Positions 1 to 15,092 are shown, counted from the stretch's first letter. The stretch is DNA of 64,000 nucleotides from Psilocybe cubensis (GCA_017499595.2 CM039007.1:1364001-1428000); one strand, 5' to 3'. Numbers and translations are program-made. The notes: a model not told the origin generated them from the letters alone.

Positions 1-725
1 TGGACCGGTTGTGCCTCGATGCTCGACAATGAATTTGTGTGGATACAAATCAGTCTGCTCCTTAGTCGGCGGATGGAAGCTGGAAGTTGCCATCTAAACG
101 AAAGACGAGGTTGAAACCTGATGTAGTGATAACTCACGTCTCGGATCTCTTAGAGTATTTCTCGTATTCAGCCCAGTTCCATCCTCGATTTCCTAGCTTC
201 TCGTATGCATTAATATCCTCCGCGGGTGGTTTTATCCATGCAAAAAAGTTCATGCCAGAACTGCCACCTGTGTTTCAAATTTTCAGTCGGAGATTTAATC
301 ACAGGTCTTGTCACACCGTTTACTTACCTAAACCTTTTCCTCTTTGCCACATGTGCTCAATATTATTGGCGTGCTTCTGCTTTACTACAGGAAATGCCCA
401 GTCATACTGTATCGGAATTCGTGAGTGCCTTCTAAAAAGGTCGTCCTAGTTAACAGCACTTACCTTAGGATTTCCGAAGGTCCTCAAAAATTGGGCTGGA
501 ACTTCAATCAAGGGATCATTGAGATTTTCCTCTCCCGCTTCTAGTACGAGGACCTTTACGGAGGGATCTTCTGAGAGACGAGCTGCAACAGTGAGTCCGG
601 CAGTCTATGTTGAAGGTGTGAGTAATTTGCCGCCCATAAGTTAAACGAGGTAAACGTACTCCTCCTCCTATCACGACGTAATCAAAAGGACTCTTGACTG
701 TCTCTTCGACGTTGACGATTGGCAT
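1..725 (-). CDS. GMC oxidoreductase (AA3 family), 5' part; gene runs off the left edge
   Basis: Spliced translation MPIVNVEETVKSPFDYVVIGGG|TAGLTVAARLSEDPSVKVLVLEAG...RGKGLG|GSSGMNFFAW...LGNRGWNW. This contains the FAD-binding GxGxxG motif and the GMC signature. GT-AG introns. Confidence 0.9.
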
Positions 726-2482
726 TATGGACTTCAAGCACAAGTTTCTAGCTGCACAGCTAAAGAAAAGTTCTGGTTTGATGCATCGTCTATCCTATCC
801 TTGAACGTATATATATTGAAAAGATGCGCTCGAGGTCGTATTATAAAAGGGCTCTCCGGTTACTTCGGTTGAATGATGATCAATGCCCACAAGGTTGTCT
901 TTCTTTGGATCATTAAGATCCAACGATCCTTATCGACATCTTCGAGACTCTGAACACCTTTGGTTAAGCTGCTTTTATCGCCTGGGGAAACCTAAGCAAC
1001 TGTTCGTGAGTGAATTGACTGTCTGTTCTCTGTGGTGACAGCGATGACAATTTGCTCACTGTGAATGAAACAATCAATCTATGTTTAGTTACTATAGTGT
1101 ATAATTCTCGTTCAGGGATGTGGCTGTATACACGAGTGGTTTGATGACAGTCGAGGCATAGTTTTGCGTTTTCTTTCGACATAAACCAAGGGCAGTATCG
1201 TGGCAAAGCAGTGTCGTCGTCCGATCATGTAGTTGGCGGCGGCTGCGCTAAGACATCACTGGAAGTAGCAGTAGATTCGTAGACACGGTAGGTATGCCAT
1301 TGTGGAAAGAGTGACTCTCCAGAGGGTCAACACGGATCGAAAGGTGCCGACGGAGGCGTGTGATTTTATTGCTCTAAAAGTAGAAAACAATCTAATCACC
1401 ACGGTCGGTATCATTTGTAGGTGATGACACTCAAAGCCAAGCAAGCGAAAAGTAGGCGCTGGCGCTGATTTCTGCAGTGGTTTATTGTGCGGAGGTTGAA
1501 TGAGATATGCACATGCTCTGAAGCTCCCCCAGTCACCACAGAGCTACTGTCCAGGGAATTGACACTTCCACACACTTACCTGAGTTGAACTTTTCTTATC
1601 GTTTGATTCGTTTTGGAACTAACCTGTGTGATTCACCATCATCTGATGCATCAAGCCGAGTATCTGTGTTGTATCAGCATCTCCAGGCTAGTTCCCTTCT
1701 TCGCACCTATGTATTCTTAGTCGATTCCCGATATAGCCGCCAGCTGACTTCGGAGTGAAGAACGTTTCTTCACATGGCATACAAAACATGCGGATATGCA
1801 TCAGTCAAAATCTGACAGGAGTATTTTTGGAGGTTTGATACGGCAGTAAATACCTAACGGTCTAGCCTAAGGGTGATATCTTCTCATGCTCACCAAAAAT
1901 GGCTGGTCGCAATGTTATCCTGCGCTGCGTAAGTGAAGGACAAGCAACCGCTGCATACAACTGATGTATCATTTCTTGTTTCCTGTTTTAAACGTATGTA
2001 CTTAACTAAGAGTTAAACCTTCATCTTCGAATGGCTGGCTATCGAAGCGGTCTGTATACCCGCTCAATCCTCCCACCTATCGGTGTTATCGATTGTGCCG
2101 ATTTGTGATAACCTGCACCGTCACGTATAACCTTCACCGCATCTGAATGAGCAAAGTCTGAAACACAATAACAGTTACATTTTGTCTCGGCGCCAACTTA
2201 TCGCCATCGTGGTCACTCAAGCTTCTGGGGTTTCCCGGCAACCTCGTACCAGCGTAATAATTTGGTCCAAATCCGGATCTGGAATAAATGGCACCTGTGC
2301 AACCTGCCAAACTCCCTGCCCGATCCGAGCGAGAAGCATCCGCACCTTTTACAGTCCTAAAAGTAAGTCACCGCAAGTTATATTATAAATAATGCTCCAG
2401 CAGATTCATACACACAAGTCCGGACCCCTCTTTGACCTCCCTCCACTAAATTTTGTCCGACGTAATTGTACCTTGTGTTCCG

Positions 2483-4160
2483 ATGAACTCAACGGTAGCG
2501 GGCACTGGTCCAGAAGTTCTGCAATCACTGGTTGATGGCCTCTGGGATGTTCAAATTACAAGAGTCTGTAGACGTAGGTTTTTGAATAATCTATTTATTA
2601 AAGTTTTAGACTCACCCACATCTTTACACTCAGTGAGCGCGATTTGCATCATTCTCTATGACTATGGTGGGTCAAGTGCCATATAGATTTATGAAGACCG
2701 TCGTATCTGACCGCTGACTCCTTGCACCATTGCCATTAGCCTTGACGTTCGACGATGAGGCAAGTTTTAGGATGGCCTGTACTTCAGCTGATTTGGTCTA
2801 ACATTCTTCGATTTTCAGATCAACGTTATGTGGGTGGGTATCCTGACGAGCTAGCATTATCACAGCTCCAAAGGCTGACGCTCATTGTGTGTAGAGGAAG
2901 GGGCTGTCCTTGGTCAAAGTCGTCTGGTTCTTGGTATGCTTTTTCTCAAAACCTGGCCAAGTCGCCTTTTTTTTAAATTCATTCATAGAATCGTTATTAT
3001 GTTATTGTCGCAGCAATGTAAGTTTTTATTTTAAAAGCCATAGTCCAGCATACTCAAGTACTTCGCAGAGTTCCAATTTATGGTAACGGTTTTTGCGCAA
3101 GCTTGGTCATGGCCCGATGCTCACGATCAGTGTTTCAGCATTCTTTTCTCCAAACATCACTACTGGAGTAAGTGTCCACGTATCATTGCCTTTCTGTCTG
3201 TCTGACCTCCCCTCTGCTAAAGTTGTATGTTCTCTGATTCAAACAATCGCATTGATCACTTAACCCTGTCTTTTTTGACAAATCTAGCTGTAGGTCCTGT
3301 TGCTATCTATAAATAGAGTGTACTAATCATCGAATTTTAAGGCATTCGCTTCATGTACTGGCAAGGAATGACAGGCGTCATCGGCGTCATGCTCGCTCAA
3401 GGTTAAATTCGACTTTCGTTAACTTCCAACATTCAAATCAAACTGATTGGTTAATTGTGCTAGCTATTTTACAAATACGAATATATGCACTGTATTCCAT
3501 GAGCAAAAGGCTTTTAAATTTCATGCTGCCAGCCTACGCACTGTCTACAGCGGCTTCTCTGACAGTTTTGATGAAGTCATTCAGTCAGCGTGAGAGTGGT
3601 GCGTTTGTTAAATCACTCTGAGCTTCAACGGACACGTTTTTAACATTGTTTTTGTAACAGAACATGCAATCCACGCCGGCGATATCCCTGGAGGCAAATT
3701 CTGTATCATTGACGGAGGCCTTCCAAGATATTCATACGCCTACTGGGTAGCCAATTTCTCCTTCGATTGCTTCCTCTGTAGTCTAGCACTCGTGCGAGGC
3801 TATAAGTATTACAGAACTAGCGGATCTGGTGCCCGGCTCATTGATATTTTGATTCGCGACTCGCTGTTTTACTTTTTGGTGTACGTGCCCTCCATGTTTG
3901 TAAAGCTAATGATGATAACACAAAATTACAGAATTGGCATCATCTACTGTGCTTGCCTTATTGTGTGGATTGTTGATCTGGTATATTCCCCTCATTATCT
4001 ACGTCTAGTTTAGGGATGCTTATAGACCCTGTAGGCTCGTTTTGATGCCCCTATTGGATTCTCGGTGGCCATCACAGCCTCATTATGCAACCGTTTAGTC
4101 TTAAAAGTACACGCAATGAAGGCTGGGCGAGAAGTGACCGATCGATATGCCCAAGTGTAA
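2483..4160 (+). CDS. Multi-exon, multi-pass membrane protein (DUF6533-like basidiomycete family)
   Basis: Hydrophobic exons with motifs IILYDY..LTFDDE, RIYALY, LIRDSLFYF and C-terminal SLCNRLVL. Exon boundaries are approximate. Confidence 0.7.
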
Positions 4161-4850
4161 TACCCCCACTGTGTATTGTCAGTGCCAGGCAACCGAACAC
4201 CAGACAATTGTACTACCTTAGTCCAAACTAGTATACTATGCACATTATACCCGGACTTATTACACACAACCTTAATTTGAGACCTTTATCATTGAACCAA
4301 AATTGATATCAGTGAGAAATGTAAATTTTTTTGTAGTCTAATTCGTGAATGACAACATATTCATTGTAATCTGAACGCATTCAAGCGTCCGTGAACGCTG
4401 CTTCACTCTGACGTATATGGTGGCAGAAGGGTGTGATAAACCAATGTATTTCATTTATTACCCTCTGTTCGCCTTATTAAAATAAAGGCAGTGTACACAT
4501 GTGTAAAATATGTAGCCCCTCTAGAGAGCCTGATTAGTGAGGGTTAAATTCTCCCATGATATACCTCGTCGGTAGTCCGCATGGTCTCCCGAGGTGTATT
4601 CGATATTTTCATTTCCCTTTCTCATTGAAGCAAGCGACAAGGAATCTTTCAATCAGATTTTTCTTGCATAACAGGTGAATGAATATTTGACCAGTTTGCC
4701 CTCCTGGCATCAGCGATTTGTTAACATAGAGGTATCTTAACATTGTGTCAAAGTCAATCGCGGGCAGCGTTCTCAAAATCTACCATGATCTGTCAAACGT
4801 CGATATTTCACGCGACGTTATTTAGGTCCTGATTGTTCCAACCCCTAACT

Positions 4851-7689
4851 TCACTCCCCTTTGATGATACTCGCAGCTAGAAAAGAATTTTACAGACAGC
4901 CTACTTTTATCATTTTTGACATGAACATACCTTTTTCTCCGAGGAAGTATGCTGTTGCTGTTGACAAAGCGTAATGTCAAATTTTGACCAAAGAATCTAT
5001 AAAAATCGATATAGCTTACCTTGCGTATGTGCGGCAATGTGAAGGGGAATGACTGATAAATCTACAACGCGAAGATTTGTCGTTCCGTAGACCTGGACCT
5101 ACCGTCGGCAAGATGAAAGGATAGAATTGAGATTTATTTTCTCACCTTAAGATTAGCATCAACCACACCCGACTTGCTTCTCGGAAGCATAGAGCAGCCA
5201 CCAATTGTATCTATTAGACGTGTACTTTTAGCTTATGAAGCACGAAAAAAACAAATTGTACATACGCCAAATGGTCAATACATGCTCTTTCACATACTCT
5301 GAAATATAAATACCAGGTCGTGAGTTATCCGCGACGCTGAAAAGCTTGATTTTTCTCACCTCGTATATCCCGATCAGAACTATAGTTTGGCCCTGGGTAT
5401 ACTTCGCGGATAATACCAGATTTCCAAGGCTCGGTATTGGCTAGACTTTTGATAAATTTAATGTGCTGGACAAGGACCTCAAGGTCTACAGAATTTGTTT
5501 ATTAGCATAGATTACTTTGATAGTCATATGGATATTCACCAGTATTGCTCTCAAGGTAGTGTGGATCAATGATCGGGTAGGCTAGCGGATCGACGCTTTC
5601 TGTGTGCTGTAGTGCCGAACGTCACTATGGTTATTGCATTCAAGTTACATAGGATACGGACGATAGTACCCCGAGAGATGGGGTGGTTTAAAATTGCAGT
5701 CACAGTCGCGTATCGTGTATTTGGTTCAGGGGTCACTATGTGAATAGCATGATCAACGTAAGATGTCTGTGAGATATTGATTGTACTTGCCCCTCCTAGA
5801 AAACAAGCCAGGCAGAACCAAGACCTCACAATCAGGTACATTGTTATCCCGAAGAATAGATAGCTGTAATTTGAGCTGTTCTTCTACACCAGGTCGCAGA
5901 GTACCACCATTCACAAGATCTTTCACCTCTTCTTCGGCACCTTTTATCACGGTTGCAGCTTCGTCAGCATTGATATCCACGAGTGGAAAATATGCAAACG
6001 AAGTCAGCCCAGTGCGATGGATTCCTTGTCCGAGAGTGCTGTTGGTTCATCAACATAGAATGTACAAGGTTTCCAGTCAAAATAACTCAACTGAAGTTCC
6101 TTTGCTTTTTCGGCATACCCTGGCTCCCTGAAGCGATCGATAGTTTCATGGGAAACGTCAGGATTTAACTCATAGGTAACAGAGCATCCGTAGTGTTCTT
6201 GAACATTTTCTCCTACTCCGGGAAGGTCAATATTGACATTTATACCCACTTTTTCCAATATCTTAGGGTTTCCAATTCCAGACAACTCTAGAACGTGTGG
6301 TGATTTGATTGCTCTTAGACACCAACATCAGCGCATAAAAAATAGGTGGAAGTTTCGTTCATACCCAGCGCTCAATATCACTTCTCGATCTGTATGTACT
6401 ACATGTGTTTCGCCTTGATAGATGAACTGAACACCGCTGCTTTTGAGTTTCTCATTTGATTTAACCCCGTCGAATAGGATTTTAGAAACATAGGCGCCGG
6501 TGAGGATCTTGAATCACATGGAAAAATTAATGTAATTCAGTATTACAGAATACTGTCGTTGAATAACTTTACTTACAGAGAGGTTCTCCCTGTCAAGGTT
6601 TGGAACGAGGTATGCAGTCGCGGCAAAAGATCGAGTCCAAGTTTTTGGGTCGATGCTCGACGATGCTATCCATGTTCCATTAATCTGACGGTTTGTATTG
6701 CCTGTGAGTACAATTCTGATATCTGGCTCAAAGGTCCTACATCACCGCTGTACGGATCTTTAACATCTTTAAATCCTTTGTTGATCATTGTTTCTTGGAA
6801 GAGCTTATCCAAAGTATGTGCTCCATGAGGAATGGCAACTTGAATGGGGCCAGATGTTCCTCGATGTTCAGTGATAGAATTGTCGGGATAGTGATACACC
6901 TCAATCTGTTCCTTTGAAGCAGGAAGGAAGCTGTCGATACAGAAGCATTTAGCGAGGAAGTGTTTATGATGTGGATGTCGAAAATTATCCTGTTACATAC
7001 GTTTCAGACCTCTTGGAATATTTCTCGAATTCAGACCAGTTCCATCCAGGGTTACCAAGTTGCTCAATGGCGTCCATGTCTGCCGCCGGTGGTTTGATCC
7101 AGGCATAGAAGTTCATCGCAGAGCTTCCACCTAAAAACCGCTAGAAACCTTGAAACACGCGCATATATTCACACCAAAAACTAACCTAAACCCTTTCCTC
7201 TTGACCATATGTGCTTAGAGTTGTTAGCGTGTTTCTGATCGAGTACTGGGAAGGCCCAATCGTACTGTTGGGGTCGGAAACATGAGGGCAGTGACCAGCC
7301 TCTGGAGATCATGATCTAACCTGTGGGTTACCGAGTGTCTTCAAAAACTGGCCGGGGATGTTGATAAGTGGATNNNNNNNNNNNNNNNNNNNNNNNNNNN
7401 NNNNNNNNNNNNNNNNNNNNNNNNNNNNNNNNNNNNNNNNNNNNNNNNNNNNNNNNNNNNNNNNNNNNNNNNNCATTCAGGTTTTCCGGACCAGCCTCTA
7501 GTACAAGAACGCTATTGGAAGGCTCTTCTGAGAGACGAGCAGCGACAGTTAATCCGGCGGTCTAATCAGATCATCAAGTGCCGCAGTCAGAAAACGCTCC
7601 TCCGTGGCCACAAGTGACCTTACCCCGCCTCCTATCACAATGTAATTGAATGTTTTACGAGCGACATCTTCGAGCTTGACGATGGGCAT
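4851..7689 (-). CDS. GMC oxidoreductase (AA3_2-like), tandem paralog of the gene at 1-725
   Basis: MPIVKLEDVARKTFNYIVIGGG..., EVILSAG, SGIGNP..LPGVGENVQEH, C-terminal TIWH/TIGGCSM, VYGTTNLRVVDLSVIPLHIAAHTQ, ATAYFLGEKAASIIKGE*. The gene spans the 100-N gap. Confidence 0.9.
7374..7473. other. Assembly gap (100 N)
   Basis: Run of 100 N inside an exon of the second GMC gene. Confidence 0.99.
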
Positions 7690-9803
7690 TGATTCAGATT
7701 GACAAGTCAGTGGGCTGAGGAAGCAATGAGCTGTCGAGGACCTTTAAAATGTCACAATCAGCGTTGAGAAGGATATATACTTCCGTTGGACTAGACATTG
7801 CCGGTACATTGTGGTAAGCATTCACCTCGGGCTCGGTGATGATTGACAAGTATACAAGCTGGTCGCTCTAAGAGCGCTTCGCCTACTGTAGCGAATCTCA
7901 TTTTTTATGCAGAGGAATTAGTTGCATGCCTGAGTACTACGCTCGTTGCAGACGCTGCAAAGGAATGAAAATGGAACTGAAACTGCTCACCATTGACCCC
8001 CAAAGAAACAAAAATAGGAACAAATTATAGCGAAGGGGATTCCGTCTATGCTGCGGCACACCCCTGTTCAGCATGATATTGTCCCATGCCATTGTCGTCG
8101 AGAAAACTGCGTGAGAGTTAAGAATCTAAGATAAGAAGCAAATGTGGTCATGAGTACCTAGATATTTGTGCCCGGGGTACGCAGAATTCGAAGAGTACTG
8201 AAAAAACTGTGAGAAACAAGATATACCAGATGATTTGCATTGGCACCACGATCTTTCGAAGTGTGCTAGTTTTATTTCAATGATACTCGGCATGAACTTG
8301 ATCCAGACGACTGACATGGCGATAGATGGTTGAGGTGACGATTTTTGGCTTTTTTAGCTATTCAAGGATCACGTGACAGGTACAATCAGTCGCGTCGGCG
8401 CTCCTTTAATTTGCACTTCTATTTTTGCTCAGGGTGCTCCAGATCAATCATAATGAAGTAGAACAAATTTCGAGGCCTATTAATTTATTACCCTGACTAT
8501 CGTACTGGCGAGCGACTGTCGTTTTCACTGGTCAAGTTCAGCCTAAGCCCCTGGCTAGGACCCTAACGGTTTTCGGCCCCAACCACTATGCACTATCCCT
8601 TGTGAGTTTCCTAAGATAAAATTGATAAGACTGCGTAGAACCTCTGTACTACAGTACCTAAAGCTTAAATAAACTCGGGCACAGTTCAGCTATTACTAGT
8701 GCTGTGGCAAAAACGGTATATACCTGTCAACAGCAATACCATCCCGACGTTTGGCCTATATAAGATTTTTTCAGATATGTACCACCGCCCCTCTTTCCAA
8801 TTAAAACTTGATCAACCAAGAAATCCGATGCATCTCGTCAAAAATGTTGTAACCTTCCTTCCAGAACTCCTCCGGTATTCATTCCTGAACAATCAAATAT
8901 CAGGTAAGACCGTAAGATTCACTGAATACTAATGCCCCACACAGCTCGGCGCAACACTGACAGAAAGTGAATAAGGCTAGTGGCGTATACATAAGTGAAA
9001 GTGCGGCCCGATCGACATTGTGATACTCATCATGATGAATATCTATATTAGTGTACATTGACACTGTACATACTACAGCTTCAACTCCATATAATAGCAA
9101 TTTAATGGGCGTAATCCGACGTCGGCTCATGGCACACTAGAACTCCCACACGGACAATCCATAAAGCCGTAGTTTGCGTTGGAAGCGATCATGGGCGCGC
9201 GCCGCGCTACGAGTTAGTAGGCTGGGCGCTTCAGCTTTCTAAAGGTTTACGCGAGTATAACGGGGTAAATGGTTTACGAGCAAACAGAAGTGGTGAATCG
9301 AAGGGATTGACAAAAATCAGACGGTAGTGTTATCAGAACTTGGCATTGACTTTTTTAATCATGATCTCAAGAGGTTTGGAACTTCGAAATCGAGGTGGAC
9401 ATTAGAAGCATTGATTTTACAACTTTCAAGGATCTCAGTAGCAATTTGTAGAAAATTGATACAGCTGATGGTATGGATGATCAACTTAACATCATCAAGT
9501 CTGCGTTTGAAATTTATCAGGCGCACCATGATTTACTAGAGCTTTGTGGGATAACAATCCTGAAGGAAACGCCAGATGCCTGAGCTAAGCAGAAAGTGAA
9601 AAGTTTATTCATTAATAATAACAAGTAATCCGTCAAAATAATTACATCCATACGTACAACTGCTCTTATGAATTAAAGCAAAGAAGGGGAATACAACGAA
9701 AAGCTTTCTTCGACGCTAAATTCGAGAAACAAACCAGTCTCCCAAATATCCGAAGGTAGGATGTGCGTAGATGGGTATCTGTACAAAAAAGTTACGAAAG
9801 CGA

Positions 9804-10796
9804 CTACCAATGGAGGCGGTGAGTTGGACATTGGTATCCACTTGGGTTCTTGAAAAGATACAGCTGATGGTAGTCTTCGGCATTCCACCATGGTCCTGCT
9901 GGGACAATTTCCGTCACAATTTTCTGGCCTAAATAAAAGATATGATGAGATGGATGCGTTACAGACATGCCACGTGTACAAGATCGACAATTCGGCGGAG
10001 GCGGAGGATCCGGGTAAACGGAATCGATGTACCATGGGAGGTGGAAAGAGGAAAAAACCGTTGAGGAGGGCAGAATTGACATACCTTTTGGCGTGAAATG
10101 CTTAGCCTGAACTTCTTCCGTGACGCGCTTTGCGACAGCAGCTTGTTCATCAGAGTGCGTGAAGATGGCAGAACGATATTCTATCCCGAATGAACAGCAT
10201 TAGTTTTGAATATAATTCGACATAGTTGCGGACAAAACTCATTCCGTCAAGCATGACCAATGAGAAGAAATGACTTACGAGACCCAGTGTCGGCGCCTTG
10301 ACGATTGACTGTCGTAGGATCATGCGTTCGATAGAAAAACTCTGACAAACAGAAACACAATGAAATCAAAAGCGCATAATGATGAAGCCTGCGAACAGAG
10401 ACATACCAACAAGCTGATCGTATGTCACAATACTTGGGTCGAACTCGATTTTGACAGCCTCTGCATGGTCTGTTGCCCCTCCACAGACAAGCTTGTAACT
10501 TGGGTTGGTAACAAGTGGGTTGCCACCTGTGTACCCGACAGTCGTCGACAGAATACCCTTGTTCTGCGAGGGTGGGAAGTGCTTAAGAAATATGTGTTCT
10601 ACTCCCCAAAAGCACCCTGATGCGAAGGTGGCTATTTGTGGTTGTACAGTTGACGCTTTTGACCAGGACGACGTAAGCCATGGCCCCTGGTGGGTAGATA
10701 TATAGAAAGGGCACACTTACAAGATGACATGGGGGCACGTAAAGAGTTTAGGTCGACGGCAGTTGAGGTGAAAAGACCTTTAAGTCGTCCCAGCAT
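9804..10796 (-). CDS. msrA: Peptide methionine sulfoxide reductase A
   Basis: Exons give [50 protein letters not shown] and AEDYHQLYL, all MsrA motifs. Confidence 0.95.
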
Positions 10797-11140
10797 TGTG
10801 ATATACCTTCCCAAGTCCAAGGATCGCGCAATTCAGTCGAAGCTATTGAGACACATGGATCAGTCATCACTAAGAAGATGAATCATCGAAACGTGACTTA
10901 TCCTCCCCGATTCTGATTGGCTATCTAAATTTAGAGGCGCCGCTTAAGGTTAAATATATACCATGAAGGCAGCCTATCAAATGACAATTGCTTTTCAATT
11001 TCTATGAGCGACATGGACAGTCTCAACATGATTATCGCTAATAAAACGACTTGATGCAAGCTTCAATGCAAAGAGACAATCTAGCCCACTGTTTAACTCG
11101 AAAAATATAATGATTACTCCTATCGTGAAAAGTTCGCAAA

Positions 11141-14100
11141 TTACAGGTCCGCAGAATCAATGGGATGCACCAAGCTCATCTTGACCCGTCCCCTCTGTGT
11201 ATTCCTGTCTTTTTCTACTTCTATGCGAACCTTTACCTTGTCAAACACGGCGAGGGTTGTCGTGCCCACAGTGATCGTATAATTCTCGGCATCGAATTGC
11301 ATATCCTTCTTGAACATCACCAAACCCTCAATACCCAACCTAAACATCCACACATATCAGAACCACAGACAAAGATAAAACTTCTCCACTCACTTTGACA
11401 CAAAGACACCAAGCCCATTCCTGAACGTTCTGATCACGAATGCCTCTTCAATCACCTCGGCTGAATTTTTCTTCTCCCTCTCTCCACGAGCCTTGAGCGC
11501 CAATCCAACATAAAATTCCACGCTGGCACGCCCTGCCATCTGTGCCATACGATGTCTGCGATTCACCACGTCCAACACGCGTTCAACGTGTTGCTTTGAG
11601 TGTAGCGAGGCATGTAGCGGCGAGTAGCCAATGGCAGCTGACAGTTGACGATGGGCTAATACATCTGTGTCAATTCAAAAGCAGCCATCAGTAACAATCG
11701 AACATAGAATAGAGTGAGACAATGCACCTGCATAACGTCGGATTGGACTCGTAAAATGCGTGTAAATTGGGCTTGCGAGACCGTAATGTCCAAAAGTGTC
11801 CTTTCCAACACTTCCAGAGCAGAAATATTCTGCAGATAACATACATCTAGTAGCCATGATACGGACCAGGGTGTTGAAGGCTGGTTCATTGATGTCCTAA
11901 AAAGGGTCAAGATCGACAGAACAGTGGACGAACGCCGATCAGTCAAAGTCAGTTAACTAATAACTAGGTGGAGCATATGCGCTGATTCCAGGGAGTAGAA
12001 AACGTACAACACATTGATCCAGAGACGCAGCAAGTGCACCTGAACTCGAGACATCGAGAGGCATACCCTTTCTCTTCATCAGAATATCTTGAAGCTTCTC
12101 GAAGTTAGTTCGTGGAGGTGGCAAATGTCGCCTGAAAACAGCGACGTGATGAATATTGACAAGAGACGCAGAAGAGAAAAATAAAAAAATGCATACCTTA
12201 GGACGGCAGTCTGAGGGAACGTTTCTTCTATTTTTTTGGCGACACTAATATTGGCAAGCAACATGAATTCTTCTACAAGGCTGTTTGTTTCTCTGAGTTC
12301 TTTTTGCTCAACGTCGATGGGATCCGATGACTCTGAGCTGTCTAGTTGGATTTTGACCTCAGGCGAAGCCAGATTGAGAGCACCCGCCGCCATGCGTTTC
12401 GCTTTCAACTTTTGTGCAAGCGAGTTAAGGAGACGAATGCCTTGAGTGAGCTCGTCTTGACGATGGCTTTAAAATAATGAATAAGCGGCCACCCTTGACG
12501 CTGTTAAAGGGTGGATACACACGGATCGTCTTTACGAATCTGAGCCTCCTCATAAGTGAATGCAGCCTTCGACGCGATAACAGACTTTGTAAACCTGACG
12601 TTCACAATTTCTGCATCAGGCGTCATTTCCTGCACAACGAAAAATTTGTCAAACTTCCTCCATTCACTAAGAAAATAAAAAAGCAGTACCCAGATAGCCG
12701 AAAACGCAAGGCGTTCAACAAAAGGTCGTAACGAGCACAAATTTGTCCCAAGAAGTGATGGCAACATGTCAATCCTCTTATCTACAAGATAAACAGTTGT
12801 TCCTCTTGACGCAGCCTCGCTGTCCATGGGAGTGTCAGCATGCACGAAATGCGATACATCCGCGATATCTGGTAATTGATATAGTCAGTGTCAGTATTTG
12901 GGTGAGGATGTAATATGGTTCAAACACGCACGGACACCAGCTTCGATATTCCCGTTTGGCAACGGTCTGGCGTGCAAGGCATCGTCAATGTCCTGACAGT
13001 CTGTGACCAACAAAGTATCAGCAATTATCAAGACAATGAAAGAATACTTAAAGACATACTCGGAGGATCAATACTGCAGATAATTAAATCTCTGAAGTCT
13101 TCTCTGTCCCTCCACTCTGGGCTAGAATCGCTTTTAGGAGGAACCACCCATTGGTCTCCTAATTCTGGTAAGCAATCCAAAATTGCCTTTCCGAAAGGCC
13201 GGTACGGCACTTCGAATTCCAGCAACAGGCTCTCTTGTTCGGCTTCCTTGCTTTCAACTTTTCCCAACGAACGTACAAAGTGACCCTCAGGATATCGTGA
13301 AGTGACGTCCCAACGGTCGATTGTAACTAGAATTTTTTGCCCAATCAACGAGGGTGCTTGACGGGTACGTAGGCGGATGCGCGGAAGAAGACGAGAGACA
13401 GGGGTGGCGAAGACGGTTTGTTGAGACAAAGAGGTTGCATTGGAAGATGTTAGAGAGGTACTGTCGATGTGGCACACATAACTGCGCATATATGCAATTA
13501 GAGTTAATGAATTTATGAATATGAAAAGAGTTCGACATACGCTCGCCAGTTTCGCTTGATAATGCCCACGATCCGTCCTGTCGGTTGCTTATCGTGGCCT
13601 CTGATTTCTGTGGTCTCGACAAATTTGGATTCCTTTACGAGAACTTCATGGTCTTCAACATCCCCTTCGTCAGCCGAATCTTCTGCATCATCATTTTTTA
13701 GAGTTGCTGTAGCCCTTGAATCAGTATACAATTTGCTAGTAGATCAGAAACATACGTACAGTCTTGATCCACTACCTCATCCCCCGGAGCCTTCCATTCT
13801 TTCTCCTCGAAAACCTCCACAACTACGATATCTCCGTCGACTGCTCTGTTCATATTTTCTCGACCAACAAGCAATACTGGTTTGGTGAATGCAGGAACAT
13901 GCACGCTGCCTTCCAAATAATTATATTGATTTGCATTGAAATGCCCTTGATGCAGCTCTCCTGCTTTGACCCCTGCCAATAATGTGGATGTCGGAAGATA
14001 CTGAAATCCAATGAGTATATACTCGACGAGTTAATATGAACGAAGGATACCTCCGGATACAAGGATTGGCGACCTGCCACAGCTTTCGTTGGCTCAATTT

Positions 14101-15092
14101 CGCTTGAACCTTCTGCGGACAGAAGATCCAATAATTGCGTTGAATTTTTCATGCTTTGAACATATTTTCGCACTATATACACCGCATTAGATCCACACAC
14201 AACGAGAAAAGAGTATCAAGTCACCTGAAGAAGCAGGAATTCCAGCTTTCTCCGCCTTCTGTCGATTGTCTGAATCTTCTGTCATCAATACTACAGTCGG
14301 TATTTGAGGAGTAGGTTGGCCCCGAATAGGCGGTCGACTAAGCTTGATGTGTTCATTATACCATGCAGTGGCTTTTCGGATACCTGATTGTATTGCTTAG
14401 GAACATAAAAAAGGCATTCAAATTTGAAAGTCTAACCTCGGTCATTTCTGTCGTTCGGTGTTTCGCCTTCTTCTCTGATGATTGCTGTTTCGCTAGAGGT
14501 GTGTCAACATCATCTCCAACCATCGAGCGTGCATGACATACGATCGATATTCATTGTAAAAGATCCAAATTTTCTTGTCATCCGCTTTTGTTAGAGCCTT
14601 GAGACGGTTATACAATGGCAGAGAACGATGTCGGACTTCCTCGAGCACAGTTTGTAACAGGATAATGGGTGGATTAAAAAGAGGAGATTCGACGAGGTCC
14701 ATCTACAGAAGCTAGTCATTAAACATTGGCATATACCCCATATACCTTGCACGAGGCAGCAGTAAATAATGAAGCGTACCTGTGATAGGAACACATTCGT
14801 ATCCGGCAAAATGAAATGACCATTGGGAAATGCTGGGTGGTTTTTATCGCCAGAGGCAGGAAGGACACCTTGGTCGCATTCGCGACATCCTTCAATTCCG
14901 CATGCTACGTCATCTCGTAGATATCGTTCGCGGAGGACTGTAGGATTCGTCAACGAAGTCCTGATATGTGATAGATCTAAATTATAATGCTTCACCTTTA
15001 ATGACTTTTCCGCGTGCGGTTTTCTTGAAAAACTTCCGCTGTGTAACCACAGCTTCAGACCTTGGTCTCTTCAACACCTTGATTTCGACCAT
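11141..15092 (-). CDS. DIS3: Exosome catalytic subunit Dis3/Rrp44 (PIN + RNB + S1)
   Basis: N-terminal [27 protein letters not shown] motif [11 protein letters not shown] motifs [26 protein letters not shown] and [21 protein letters not shown]. Confidence 0.96.
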
